IMG/VR virus record: IMGVR_UViG_3300037247_000525
DNA from: an uncultured virus (IMG/VR IMGVR_UViG_3300037247_000525)
Lineage: Duplodnaviria > Heunggongvirae > Uroviricota > Caudoviricetes
Length of the DNA: 64,000 bases
Reading direction: 5' to 3' (one strand)
The translations under genes were made by a program, and so were the position numbers. Positions 48,318-57,771 of the stretch are shown piece by piece; position 1 is the stretch's first letter, and each line of letters begins with the position of its first letter. The notes beneath the pieces were generated by a model, which did no database searches, was not told the origin of the DNA, and was given only the letters and a program-made list of their open reading frames with translations.

Positions 48318-48635
48318 CTACAAGTCGCCGCGCGTCACGACCCCGACATCTTCCAGCCTCCGCGTCAGCGGATGAACGTTTACACGTTCGCGCTCACGAA
48401 TGGCCAGCTCGCGCTGCGGCTCGGGCGCCTTGAAGTTGGCGATCTCCAGGGTGCCGTTGTCGAACCACCGGCGAATGCGGGCCATGCCCAGCTTCTCGCG
48501 GTGCTCGTCGGTCACCGGATCACCCGGTAGGACGCAGGGCTTCTCTGGATCGTCGCCCATGCGTAGTCGTTTCCGAAAGATCAGATCAGCACTGGGATCC
48601 CAATGCTGCTTCCAGTGGCGGGTGCGGGTAACCAT
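48318..48635 (-). CDS. hypothetical head-region protein
   Basis: ORF in operon. Confidence 0.6.
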   Translation of the reverse strand: MVTRTRHWKQHWDPSADLIFRKRLRMGDDPEKPCVLPGDPVTDEHREKLGMARIRRWFDNGTLEIANFKAPEPQRELAIRERERVNVHPLTRRLEDVGVVTRGDL

Positions 48636-48637
48636 GA

Positions 48638-49207
48638 CTAGCTAGTCCTGTTGCCGAGGTCGATGAAGTAGAGGTCGATGGAACCCGAAACGGTCAGCGC
48701 GTCGTCGGCGGTGATGCCGGCGGGAACGCCACAGTTCAGGTACAGCTTGTTCGCAGCCGCGTCGGCGAGCTGCTTCGGGAAGGTCGCGGTCGACTGCCCG
48801 AGCACGTTTACTTCTAGGTCGAGGCTCAGGGCGTCGGTGTCCAAGTCCTGCTTCTCCAGGTAGTCGATCATGGTCGTGGCCAGCGTCTGCGCGGAAGCCG
48901 CAGTGGAGCCCATGCCCACGTCGATGTCGACGGCGGCTTCTAGGCCGTTGGTCACGTCGCCCTTCACCAGGACGAGGTCGACTTCCATACCGAGGATGTG
49001 GATGTTGCGGTCCGGCCACGTCATCAGCAGGAGGCTGCCATAGTCGAGGGCCTCCGTAACCGACAGCGTCTTGCCGGACAGGTTCAGGGTGGCCTTGTAC
49101 GGCGTCAGCAGGGCGTAGTCGACGCCCATGCCGCTTGGCATGGTGATGAGGGGGGAACCGTCGCGCAGGTTGATGGCGCGACCCTGTTGCTTGATCTGGA
49201 AGCTCAT
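48638..49207 (-). CDS. virion structural protein (paralog of 53752-54450)
   Basis: DYGS, LYLN, SGSIDLYF shared with paralog. Confidence 0.7.
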   Translation of the reverse strand: MSFQIKQQGRAINLRDGSPLITMPSGMGVDYALLTPYKATLNLSGKTLSVTEALDYGSLLLMTWPDRNIHILGMEVDLVLVKGDVTNGLEAAVDIDVGMGSTAASAQTLATTMIDYLEKQDLDTDALSLDLEVNVLGQSTATFPKQLADAAANKLYLNCGVPAGITADDALTVSGSIDLYFIDLGNRTS

Positions 49208-49229
49208 TGTCTTTGGGGTTGGTGTTGTT

Positions 49230-49688
49230 CTATCTGTAGTGGATCAGTTCTAGTTTGCTTTGGCCGCGAGACGCGTCGACTTCGATTCGGCACGTGTGAG
49301 CAGCCGATTCTGACTTGACGACTTCAATCTCGATCTCGTCCCCTTCCTCTAGGACTAGGGCCATCTGTCCACTATTGCCGAAACGGTCGGAGGTCGGATT
49401 CACGGTACTGTCGATCCTGCCCAACGCTACTACGCTGTTGGCAATCGCAACGTTGTCTTTGGTCAGGCGCATGGCGATGTCCGCGTTGCCCGTGGTTCCC
49501 GAGCCGGTGCCGTAGCAGCCGTAGTGGACGAGGTAGGTACCGTCCACTGGGACGGTGGCCCGAATTCGACCGACGCCGCCACCGATATCAGTCCACGTTG
49601 CACTCATCGTGTACAGGCCGGCTGCTCCGGCGCTGACGACTGGATCCTCCAGGGCAGCACCTCCTCCATAAGCTGGGCCTAGTGACAT
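49230..49688 (-). CDS. putative head fibre/decoration protein (paralog of 53200-53664)
   Basis: AYGGGAALE N-terminus, DGTYLV, LEEGDEI (C1q/TNF-like pattern). Confidence 0.6.
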   Translation of the reverse strand: MSLGPAYGGGAALEDPVVSAGAAGLYTMSATWTDIGGGVGRIRATVPVDGTYLVHYGCYGTGSGTTGNADIAMRLTKDNVAIANSVVALGRIDSTVNPTSDRFGNSGQMALVLEEGDEIEIEVVKSESAAHTCRIEVDASRGQSKLELIHYR

Positions 49689-49691
49689 GAC

Positions 49692-50066
49692 CTAGTTCCT
49701 ATAGGCAGTGGCGACTACCTTCCAGCTCACCGTGTCGGTCAGGCTATCCGGTATGACCTTGATCTTGAACGTGCCGCCGGCCCAGCTGATCGTAACCGGC
49801 GCAGTCGCGTCGATCGTTGCCACGGTCGGGGCTTCGTACGACTTCGTTTGGACCGTCTGGACCGTGATGGCGAAGGAGCCGGTGCTGTCGAGGATCAGCG
49901 AGCCCGCGCCGGCCGCCTCGTCGTACATCTGCACGCCTAGGAAGACGTGGGACATCGCAGCGAAGTTGCCGTCCAGCTCGATCTCGATGGTGACGGCCTT
50001 GCCGACCGCGGCCGACTCGGCCTGCATCAGGACATTCTTGTGGCCGCCTATGTCTCTTGCTGTCAT
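49692..50066 (-). CDS. hypothetical virion protein
   Basis: beta-rich ORF after capsid gene. Confidence 0.6.
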   Translation of the reverse strand: MTARDIGGHKNVLMQAESAAVGKAVTIEIELDGNFAAMSHVFLGVQMYDEAAGAGSLILDSTGSFAITVQTVQTKSYEAPTVATIDATAPVTISWAGGTFKIKVIPDSLTDTVSWKVVATAYRN

Positions 50067-50122
50067 CTTCTCGTCTCCGGGTTAGGTGCGCCAGCGCTTC
50101 CGCACTCCACACCTTGAATGGG

Positions 50123-50153
50123 GTAGGCCCGGCTTTGAACTCCGGGCCCCTAC
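50123..50153 (-). terminator. hairpin downstream of major capsid gene
   Basis: GTAGGGGCCCGG/CCGGGCCTAC stem; weak U-tract. Confidence 0.45.
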
Positions 50154-50159
50154 GGTGGC

Positions 50160-51155
50160 CTAGTTGACGACCGTGATGAAGAACTGACCGAGGTCGGCGT
50201 GGACCAGCTTCTGGTCGAACGCCATCTGGATCTCGATCATGTCGGACTCGCGCTTCTCGTCGCGGATGCGCTTCATGCGCATGCCGAGGGCGCCGGCGCC
50301 CAGGAGGCCGGTCCAGGAGAAGGTGTAGCCAGCGCTCGGGATGTAGAGTCCCGGAGCCGGCGGAACGTAGACCAGCAGTGCAGCCTTGCCACCGATGAAG
50401 CCGATGGAATCGTCAGCACCTTCGACGGCGCTGTTGTACACGCTGTCCATGATCAGGATCTCGTCCAGCTCGAACAGAGCGGCGAGATTCTGGCGCAGGA
50501 CAATCGCGGCACCCGTGGTCTGACCGCGGTCAAGGCGCCCGACGATGTCTGGATGGTCCACCAGCGCGTCGAAAACCTCGCGACCCATGGCCATCTTGTT
50601 CGGGCGGAAGCCCGTCCTGGCCTGCACGCGCCTCTTGGCGGCGCGAACGTCCTCGATCGGAGTCGAGTCTGCCCGGTCCCAGCGGCCAACTTCGTTGGTG
50701 CTCGGGGAGGCGGAGTCAACGCCGGTCTGGTCGGTCGTCCACTTGCCGGAGCCGAAGTAGTCGGTGACCCACTGGCGTTCCTTGCGGATCATGCCGGCCT
50801 GCGTCAGACCCTCGGTGATCTCCCGATCCGCCTGAAGCGGCGAATCGTAGTTCGCGCGGACCTGATCGGCCAGCATCTCGTGGAGGGCCCACACGTCGCA
50901 GGAGTAGTTGTCCGTACTCATCTTGTGGGTGCGCTGGGCAGACAGGGCGCCGGGGGCGCGCTTCTGCATCTCATCGCGGAACCAGTCTCCCTTCGGGATC
51001 TGGAAGTACTTGTCAGTCTGCTTTCCGACTGGCAAGATGGGGAAGATCCTGTCGGCGATGAACACCTCGGGATTCTGCGCGAACGCGATTGCGATCTGCG
51101 TCAGTGGCCGGTCGACATGCACGTCACCGCGGCCCGGTTGGTTGATAGCACTCAT
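50160..51155 (-). CDS. major capsid protein
   Basis: HVDRPLTQIAIAF, FIADRIFP, PSAGYTF; follows scaffold and decoration genes. Confidence 0.9.
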   Translation of the reverse strand: MSAINQPGRGDVHVDRPLTQIAIAFAQNPEVFIADRIFPILPVGKQTDKYFQIPKGDWFRDEMQKRAPGALSAQRTHKMSTDNYSCDVWALHEMLADQVRANYDSPLQADREITEGLTQAGMIRKERQWVTDYFGSGKWTTDQTGVDSASPSTNEVGRWDRADSTPIEDVRAAKRRVQARTGFRPNKMAMGREVFDALVDHPDIVGRLDRGQTTGAAIVLRQNLAALFELDEILIMDSVYNSAVEGADDSIGFIGGKAALLVYVPPAPGLYIPSAGYTFSWTGLLGAGALGMRMKRIRDEKRESDMIEIQMAFDQKLVHADLGQFFITVVN

Positions 51156-51185
51156 TTTGGTTTCCTTTGGGGGCTAGGGGTGACG

Positions 51186-51569
51186 CTAGGAAGCGTTGTT
51201 CTTGAACAGGTACAGTTGCACCACGATGACCTCTTCGTCCGCGGTAGCGGCCGTCAAGGCCACACCACACACGAACGTCGCGGCGCCGGCAGACGCGGCC
51301 GTCTTGGCCTTGCCCACAGCGTCGGCAGCGACCAGATCGCCGACGGAGATTGACTCTCCGGCCTCGACCTTCATCTTGCCTTGCAGCTCGGCCATCGCAA
51401 AGATTTGGAGATCGGCCGTCGTGGCCTCGGCGGAAACGCCATCGGCGCGCTGGTCAGCGCCTCCGACCACGTCGTACTTGCCGTCGCTCTGGAGCTGGAC
51501 GAAGCGGTAAATCGCCACCGCGGCCCCAGCTTGTGCGGTCAGCGTCTTGATGCCTTCAGCAGTTGTCAT
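51186..51569 (-). CDS. capsid decoration/cement protein (DUF2190-like)
   Basis: YRFV...GVS...VEAG..I.VGD.V...G.A...GVAL. Confidence 0.75.
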   Translation of the reverse strand: MTTAEGIKTLTAQAGAAVAIYRFVQLQSDGKYDVVGGADQRADGVSAEATTADLQIFAMAELQGKMKVEAGESISVGDLVAADAVGKAKTAASAGAATFVCGVALTAATADEEVIVVQLYLFKNNAS

Positions 51570-51596
51570 TTTGGTTTCCTCTTGGAGGGTTGTGAC

Positions 51597-52733
51597 TTAG
51601 CCGTTCAGCTGCTGGATGTGCAGCTCCTGGCCTTCTGGGGTGTCCAGTGCCGCGCTGTACGCCTGCTCTGGGGAAAGATCGGGGTGCTCCTTGTTGTACG
51701 CCTTCGCCAGCGCATCGAGCTTGGTATTGGCATCAGCGCCTTCGCCACTGCCGTCGCCGGTCTCGCCAACCTGCTCGAACGCCTTGGCCATGCCGGCGTC
51801 CTTCGACTTCAGGATGGCCATGACGGCCTCGCGCTTCTCGACCGGAATGGTCTCGACGCCTTCCAGGAGGTCGGCCTTCGCGCCTTCGTCACCCTTCAGG
51901 TGACTCAGCTCTTCCTTGGCGCGCTTCTCGAACGCGGCGCGCTTGGCCAGATTCTCGCTCTTCTCGACGCGCTCTTCCGCGGCGTCTGCACGCTGCGCGG
52001 CCTTGACGAGGCGCTGGTCATCCGACTTGCGGAACTCGTCGCCATCGCGCGACTTGTAGACGACTGGGTCGGCATCGGCGAGGTTCTTCAGGATAGTGTC
52101 CTTGTCCTCGTTGCCCAGGAAGTCTTCCTGCTCGTTCGTGGGAAGCGCCTCGTAGTGCGCACGCTGTGCTGGGGACAACTTGACGATGGACTCAGCCCGC
52201 TCGGCGCGCTTCGTCAGCTCGGTCTGCTTGTCCTCTGCGGCCTGGGCGGCCTTCTCTTCGGGGGTCATCTTTTGGATCTCCGTACCGCCGGTAGCGGCTG
52301 AATCGCTTGCCTGTTCAGGGGCTGGCGCGAGCGAGGCAAGCAAGCTCTCGGCCAGAATGTCGTCGTTGATTTCGTCGTCGGCCTTGGTGATCAGGATCGA
52401 GAGGCCGTGGTTGTGTCCCTCCGCGTCAGCGAAGATGATGTTGCCGGCATCGTCCATGACCCAATCGTGGCTGTGGCCATCCACGAAGCTGGTCTGGCCG
52501 GCGCGTAGCTCGGCTAGGCCCTCTGTTCCCGCCTGCACCATGATCACGGTGTGGGCGTGGCCGGCGGTCAGGCTGGTCATCGCCATCTTCTTCTGGATCG
52601 GCTCCACGGTGGGAGTATCGACCGCCCGCTTCATGATTGCAATCCTGGCCGGGGTGTGGGCAGGCTTGTCCACAAGGCTGATCTCATCCAGTCGGAACTT
52701 CTTCACGCGCTTGCTCTTCTTCACACCGCTCAT
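51597..52733 (-). CDS. scaffold protein with protease-like N-terminal segment and GHxH repeats
   Basis: EISLVDKPA, AGHAH/DGHSH/EGHNH, charged helical C-terminus. Confidence 0.7.
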   Translation of the reverse strand: MSGVKKSKRVKKFRLDEISLVDKPAHTPARIAIMKRAVDTPTVEPIQKKMAMTSLTAGHAHTVIMVQAGTEGLAELRAGQTSFVDGHSHDWVMDDAGNIIFADAEGHNHGLSILITKADDEINDDILAESLLASLAPAPEQASDSAATGGTEIQKMTPEEKAAQAAEDKQTELTKRAERAESIVKLSPAQRAHYEALPTNEQEDFLGNEDKDTILKNLADADPVVYKSRDGDEFRKSDDQRLVKAAQRADAAEERVEKSENLAKRAAFEKRAKEELSHLKGDEGAKADLLEGVETIPVEKREAVMAILKSKDAGMAKAFEQVGETGDGSGEGADANTKLDALAKAYNKEHPDLSPEQAYSAALDTPEGQELHIQQLNG

Positions 52734-53158
52734 GCGTCCTCTGCCTCGATGATCACGCCACCGATGGAGAAACCCGTGTACTCGCCCGTGCGGGCCTTTT
52801 CGAGGGTTTCTGGGTTGTCTGGCTTCAGGGCGACCAGCAGGCCGGTCACGGGCGTGATGATGCCCAGGGCCTTTGCGATCTCCTCAGTCAGTGGAAAATG
52901 ATGAATTACTCCGCCGTCTTGAACCGGCTGGCCATCCTCGTCCCGGGCGTGCATCTCGCAGGCCACCCGCTTCGTCATCGCGAAATCGGTGATCGCCTCC
53001 AGCATGCCCTGCTCGTCGAACTGCTCGTCGTCAGTGTCGTTGTACGGGACTAGGTTGTCGTGCTCGTCTCGAACCTTGCAGATCATGGCGAAGCCGAAGA
53101 TCAGGCCCAGCTCGGTGTTGACCTTGAGGATCTGGACGTCGGTACGGAAATTGCTCAT
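52730..53158 (-). CDS. XkdF-like prohead serine protease
   Basis: IFGFA, EMH, GEYTGFSIGG. Confidence 0.8.
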   Translation of the reverse strand: MSNFRTDVQILKVNTELGLIFGFAMICKVRDEHDNLVPYNDTDDEQFDEQGMLEAITDFAMTKRVACEMHARDEDGQPVQDGGVIHHFPLTEEIAKALGIITPVTGLLVALKPDNPETLEKARTGEYTGFSIGGVIIEAEDA

Positions 53159-53199
53159 GGCTTGCCTACAGGATCGGCCTTTCGGGTGAAAGGTTCAAG

Positions 53200-53664
53200 C
53201 TAGGCCACCTTCATGATCGTCATGTGGCACCCTGGGAGGGCATCGACTCCCACAGACGTGGTGAGCGACATGGAGAACCCGATCTTGTCCCCAGCGTCCA
53301 GGTTATGGATGATGGTGCCGGAACCGACCGCACGGATGACACCACTGCCACCGCACAGGGCGACCGTGCTGGCAATGGAGGCGTGGCCACCGCCAGTATT
53401 CCTGGTGACCTGCGTGCGCAGCGTGTGGGCAGCTCCGTTGTCGGTGCCCTGCCAAGCGATCATGTAGGAACCGTCTGCGTTGATCTCGAACTCAGTGTTG
53501 CCTGAATTCCAAGTGATCGAATCACCATTGCTGGATATTTCAGCCGGCAAGTCGATCAATACTAGATCCGTATTGCCAAGAGAGATCGTGCCAGAAGTGA
53601 TCGCCCGCGTGTTCCATTCCAAAGCAGCGCCGCCGCCACCGCCGTATGCGATTGGTAAAGTCAT
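53200..53664 (-). CDS. putative head fibre/decoration protein
   Basis: AYGGGGGAALE, DGSYMI, LDAGDKI. Confidence 0.6.
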   Translation of the reverse strand: MTLPIAYGGGGGAALEWNTRAITSGTISLGNTDLVLIDLPAEISSNGDSITWNSGNTEFEINADGSYMIAWQGTDNGAAHTLRTQVTRNTGGGHASIASTVALCGGSGVIRAVGSGTIIHNLDAGDKIGFSMSLTTSVGVDALPGCHMTIMKVA

Positions 53665-53751
53665 GATTCTATTCTCGATCTTGGTGATGTTCCCTGGACG
53701 TGCCGGTGGCGCTACCGTTCAGGATCTGAGCGTCAGCGCGAAACGCAGTCA

Positions 53752-54450
53752 TCAGCTCACGAGCGGGATGTACCAAATATCGATGGTGCCGCTGATTGTC
53801 AGAACGCCCGTGTCCGAGGAACCAACGGGCACGGACGCATTCAGATAGAGGTCATTCGTGACACCCGCGGCGACACCCTGCGCCACTGCGGCAGCGGTCC
53901 ATGTGCCGGTCGTGGTTCCGGTCGCGTCGATGTTTGCAACGGTGTCATCCGCGGCTCCACTCAACGCGGTATTTACCGCAGCAGTCGTGCCCACGGCCAT
54001 GTCGACCGTGGACGCATCTCCGGTGAGATCGGTATGCGTAAACGTCAGCGCGGCGGCGGATCCGAGCAGAACATAGGCTGTCGGCATGTCGTCCGACACC
54101 AAAACGCTGCCGTAGTCATCGGCATTCGGCACGCTAATGGTGGCGTTGACCAGTGTGAACGTCGCGCGCTGTGGAACCGGGCTCTGCATGGCGACCGACG
54201 CTCCGGCCGGATCCGCGGTCGGCGCGACCGGCGAATCAAGCAAAGCGCCTGCGATGGCTGCCGCTGCCCCTGCCAAGTCCGTGTTGAGCGTTCCGCCCGA
54301 CAGGGCGCCCACCAGCACCGGCGTGGTGATGGTGGGCGACGCCTGCGTGCCCCCAGTGATGACAGGGGCCGACAGAGCCGCGGCGTCGATGACGGGCGAC
54401 CGAAGTTCGGCATTCTGGTGGAGAGTTCTACGCGTGCGCTTACCGGTCAT
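53752..54450 (-). CDS. virion structural protein
   Basis: DYGS, LYLN, SGTIDIWY. Confidence 0.65.
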   Translation of the reverse strand: MTGKRTRRTLHQNAELRSPVIDAAALSAPVITGGTQASPTITTPVLVGALSGGTLNTDLAGAAAAIAGALLDSPVAPTADPAGASVAMQSPVPQRATFTLVNATISVPNADDYGSVLVSDDMPTAYVLLGSAAALTFTHTDLTGDASTVDMAVGTTAAVNTALSGAADDTVANIDATGTTTGTWTAAAVAQGVAAGVTNDLYLNASVPVGSSDTGVLTISGTIDIWYIPLVS

Positions 54451-54485
54451 GATATAGTTTCGCCCTTTTAGGGCTGATTTTCCAG

Positions 54486-55493
54486 TTAGAAGGCGAACGC
54501 CGCGGCGACGCCGGTGATTTCGCTCAGTTTCAGGATGCGGGTCGTGACCAAGCACCTACAGTTGATGTCTTCGAATCCGACGCCGAAGGCGCCGGGGTGC
54601 AGCGTCAGGTTGCCGGCTCCGCTCACGAACGGCTCGCCGACGAATCGACTCTGGCGGTTCATGGTGACGTGGCTGGTGGGAGCCCCATTGCCGAAGTCCC
54701 GCACCCGCTCGTCGCCGGCCGTATTCCAGGTCCTAGTCAGTTGATCGCGCTGGAGCTGCCCGGATTCGATGGCCTGCTGGTACATCTCGTCCGTGCCCTC
54801 GTGGACTACCCGCAGCCCCTCGGTGCGCGCGATGGTCTCCGCGCGCAGCTTCAGGGCCCGGCGGTGGTAGCTCTCCACCATCTTGTCGATCTGGGCCTTG
54901 GTCAGGGGCTCGCCGCGGTCGATGGCTTGCCGGACGGTCGGATCGAACCTTCGATCACGCAGTTCTCGGGCCAGGGAGGCCCTGTCCAGGTTCTTCAGTG
55001 CCCTTTCGTAGTTCCGCACCCACCTCTCCTGCTGCTGGGTCAGGCCGATGGAATTTCTGAAGATCCTTGCAATTTCCCGAGGGTTCTTGCCTTCCTGGAT
55101 CCCGGCGATGAGTGCCTGCTGGGTCGCGCGGCGCTGCTGCTCGGTGAAGTTGGTCACGAGCCGCAGCTGGTTGTCACGCATGGCCTGCACGGCCCGGGTG
55201 TTCGTCTGGTCGAATCCGATGACCACCTCGGCCACCTCGGTCGTCAGGAAGTTGCCCGTGTCAATGCCGGCGGCCACGAACTGCGCAGCCCACACGCTGC
55301 CCAAGCGGCCTGCGGCCTGCCCAACGATGGCGAACGCCTCCGTGAAGCGGCCCTGCTCCAGCAGCTCGGCGAGTGCGCCCAGGTCTATGCTCCGCTCGAT
55401 CACCTTGAGCGCGGCCAGGAACTCCGCCTTGAAGCTGGCCTCGGCCATGATCAGCAGCGCCTCGATGCGGCTCTGTGGGTCGTTGACGGCCAT
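54486..55493 (-). CDS. head morphogenesis protein (MuF/SPP1 gp7-like)
   Basis: RAETIARTE, W.TAGDERVR, INCRC. Confidence 0.88.
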   Translation of the reverse strand: MAVNDPQSRIEALLIMAEASFKAEFLAALKVIERSIDLGALAELLEQGRFTEAFAIVGQAAGRLGSVWAAQFVAAGIDTGNFLTTEVAEVVIGFDQTNTRAVQAMRDNQLRLVTNFTEQQRRATQQALIAGIQEGKNPREIARIFRNSIGLTQQQERWVRNYERALKNLDRASLARELRDRRFDPTVRQAIDRGEPLTKAQIDKMVESYHRRALKLRAETIARTEGLRVVHEGTDEMYQQAIESGQLQRDQLTRTWNTAGDERVRDFGNGAPTSHVTMNRQSRFVGEPFVSGAGNLTLHPGAFGVGFEDINCRCLVTTRILKLSEITGVAAAFAF

Positions 55494-55817
55494 CAGGAGT
55501 AGTACCCCTTCGTCAGCTTGCTGGTCGACGGCGGAACGTCATCTCTGGGCCACCGCCGGCGGATCTTCGACATCTGGCGCTTCGCCCACTTCGTGAACTT
55601 GCTGCGGCTGCGCTTGCAGATGCCCTTGTCCAGCTTATCGCGGTATGCTCCCACTAGATGCGCCGTCCATTGACCCGTAGGCCACGTCGCGCGGCACACC
55701 AAGCGAGTTTGTGGGCTCGGCCGGGTGAGATCACGCGCAGGCCCGCTAGCATTATTGCTAGCCGGGTCATGTACCGAACCCACCATCGAAACTGTATCGT
55801 GACTTTGAATTCTGCCA

Positions 55818-56204
55818 TTAGGTTGCCTTGCACATGCAGGTGTACGTTGCGGCGGCTGGGTCGCGGTCGAGTACCTTGATCCGGTACGTCTTTGATTCGA
55901 TCGTGATCTGGTCTTCTGCCACGGGGACTTCAGCTGGGCTGATGCTGTCGCCGATCAACACGATGAACACGTGGCCGGCTTCGACCAGCGTGCCCTTGAA
56001 ACTCTTCAGGTTCTTCGAGTCGATGAACCCCTTGCACGTGTGGTCCGTGTCCGTCGGGTTCGTGCCACCAGTCAGGTTGCCCGTGCGCGTGCCGACGGTG
56101 AAGTGCTTCAGCACTGCGTCGTGCTCCGGGCTGGTCAGCACCTTGTCGCCGATCTCTTTCTTGATGATGCCCGACACGTCGATGCCGGCGAGCCTGATGC
56201 CCAT
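55818..56204 (-). CDS. head closure/head-tail joining protein
   Basis: CKGF...DPAAATYTC; position. Confidence 0.7.
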   Translation of the reverse strand: MGIRLAGIDVSGIIKKEIGDKVLTSPEHDAVLKHFTVGTRTGNLTGGTNPTDTDHTCKGFIDSKNLKSFKGTLVEAGHVFIVLIGDSISPAEVPVAEDQITIESKTYRIKVLDRDPAAATYTCMCKAT

Positions 56205-56402
56205 GCTAGCCGCCCTCCGCGGGTTTCGGGATCACGGCGAAGCCGGCTCGGCCGTCTTCGGTTTGGATCGCAGTCACGTCGTAGTGCGCGGTCACGTCGA
56301 CCTGCTCTTCACTCTCCGGCGTGCCAGCCATCACCTTGAAGCGGTCCTCACCTTCGAGCGTGTAGATCACGACGTGCAATCTGAATTCCATTTCCAGTTC
56401 CA

Positions 56403-56996
56403 TTACGGGTATCCTTGGGTCAGGTCGAAGTCATCTTGGCAGTAGCCCGGGTCGGCGTCATCGTCGTCCGTGCCCCAGCTGAAGCCGGCGACTTCCGAGC
56501 CCTCGATGAAGCAGCTGACCAAGTCGTTGACTTGCGTTGGTAGGCGGGTCTCCTCGGACGTGCCGGACGTGCCGGTGAAGAACACTACTTCGGCCGAGCC
56601 GGCCTTCACCTTCTTCACGTTGCTGCCGGTGCCGGTGCTCAACTGGATCGAGGCGTCGAGGAACAATGCATCGGCCAGCTCGAACTCGCCGCGCGCGATT
56701 TCATCTGGCGTGGTCCCATCGGGGACCGCCTCTCCAGTGCACCCATTGATCGCGCCATCCCGAGGATGCTCGCGCGGTTGGGCGGCCACGGTCTTGTCGC
56801 CGCTCCAAATCACGGCGCGGTCCATGAACCGCGCGGCGCTGATCAGGGCCTGCTGCTTTTGCAGGTCGCTCGCCGTCGACCACGTGCTGCCGATCTTCGC
56901 CGCGAGGTAGTCGTCGGCGTCGGCGAGGGGATCCGCGGTCAGGGCGTAGACGCTATAATCGGTGCTGTCGATGGTAATGGTTGCGATGACTGCCAT
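56403..56996 (-). CDS. head-tail adaptor (DnaT-like ssDNA-binding domain family)
   Basis: ADADDY...W...ALISAARFMD...W.G.K...Q..PR...KAGSAEV. Confidence 0.75.
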   Translation of the reverse strand: MAVIATITIDSTDYSVYALTADPLADADDYLAAKIGSTWSTASDLQKQQALISAARFMDRAVIWSGDKTVAAQPREHPRDGAINGCTGEAVPDGTTPDEIARGEFELADALFLDASIQLSTGTGSNVKKVKAGSAEVVFFTGTSGTSEETRLPTQVNDLVSCFIEGSEVAGFSWGTDDDDADPGYCQDDFDLTQGYP

Positions 56997-56997
56997 G

Positions 56998-57771
56998 CTA
57001 ATTTTCCAGAAGTACCAAGTCGAATTCTGCCGTGACTGATGCACCGTTGTTGGATACGTCCAACACCCGTGCCTCTATGTCTGTTTTCTCAGTGAAGCGC
57101 AGCGGCGTCGTGAACGTGCGTCCAGCTTCTCCACTCTTCCCACCTAGCTCGATTTTGATCTGGAAGGCCGCGTCAGCGACTGCGTTGTCGCGGGCAAACA
57201 ACGCCACGTCTCCCTGCGCACCGCCGCCGGTGCCAAACAGTACTGACACGTCAAACTTAGACAGGTATGCGGTCTTGCCGGCTGGCACCGTGTACAGGGC
57301 CATGGTGGTCTGGCCTAGGGTGGCCGTAATTTGAGCCAGGGTAGCACCAGCGCTAGCGATTCGAACTATGATATTGTCCACGTTAGAGTGCGTCGATCCG
57401 GCGGTCACAATCGTGGCACGAAACACACGTAGCCACGTGCCCGGAAGTGCGATTGGGTTCGCGCCGTTCAGCGACCTCGTAGCCAACTGCTCTTCCCAAT
57501 TCGCATCCAATCCCTGCACCTCAACCGTCCACGCTCCCGTACCGGTAGTCAGCACGTCGTCTGCCCCGCCGAGCACTTCCAACGACTGTGCTGTAGACTG
57601 GTAGGGATATAGTCCACCTACTTCCCAAACGGCTTCTGGTACGTCACCAGTACCGATGCTACGGTTCGCCCCAAACTTGTTCACGCGGCTGACGCCCCGC
57701 ACCAAGCTGTCGGCGATGGCCAGCCCGGGCACGTTCTGCTCGAAGATAGATCGGTCCCAGCGCTTACCCAT
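56998..57771 (-). CDS. conserved virion-associated hypothetical protein
   Basis: KFGAN, GTGAWTVEVQGLDANW, YTVPAGKTAYL. Confidence 0.65.
   Translation of the reverse strand: MGKRWDRSIFEQNVPGLAIADSLVRGVSRVNKFGANRSIGTGDVPEAVWEVGGLYPYQSTAQSLEVLGGADDVLTTGTGAWTVEVQGLDANWEEQLATRSLNGANPIALPGTWLRVFRATIVTAGSTHSNVDNIIVRIASAGATLAQITATLGQTTMALYTVPAGKTAYLSKFDVSVLFGTGGGAQGDVALFARDNAVADAAFQIKIELGGKSGEAGRTFTTPLRFTEKTDIEARVLDVSNNGASVTAEFDLVLLEN

Noticed and set aside
27761..55596. Long plus-strand ORFs (e.g. 27761-28819, 29594-30955, 32034-33653, 45743-46804, 50199-51353)
   Set aside because: Antisense shadows of well-supported minus-strand genes, expected with high GC3; no protein motifs.
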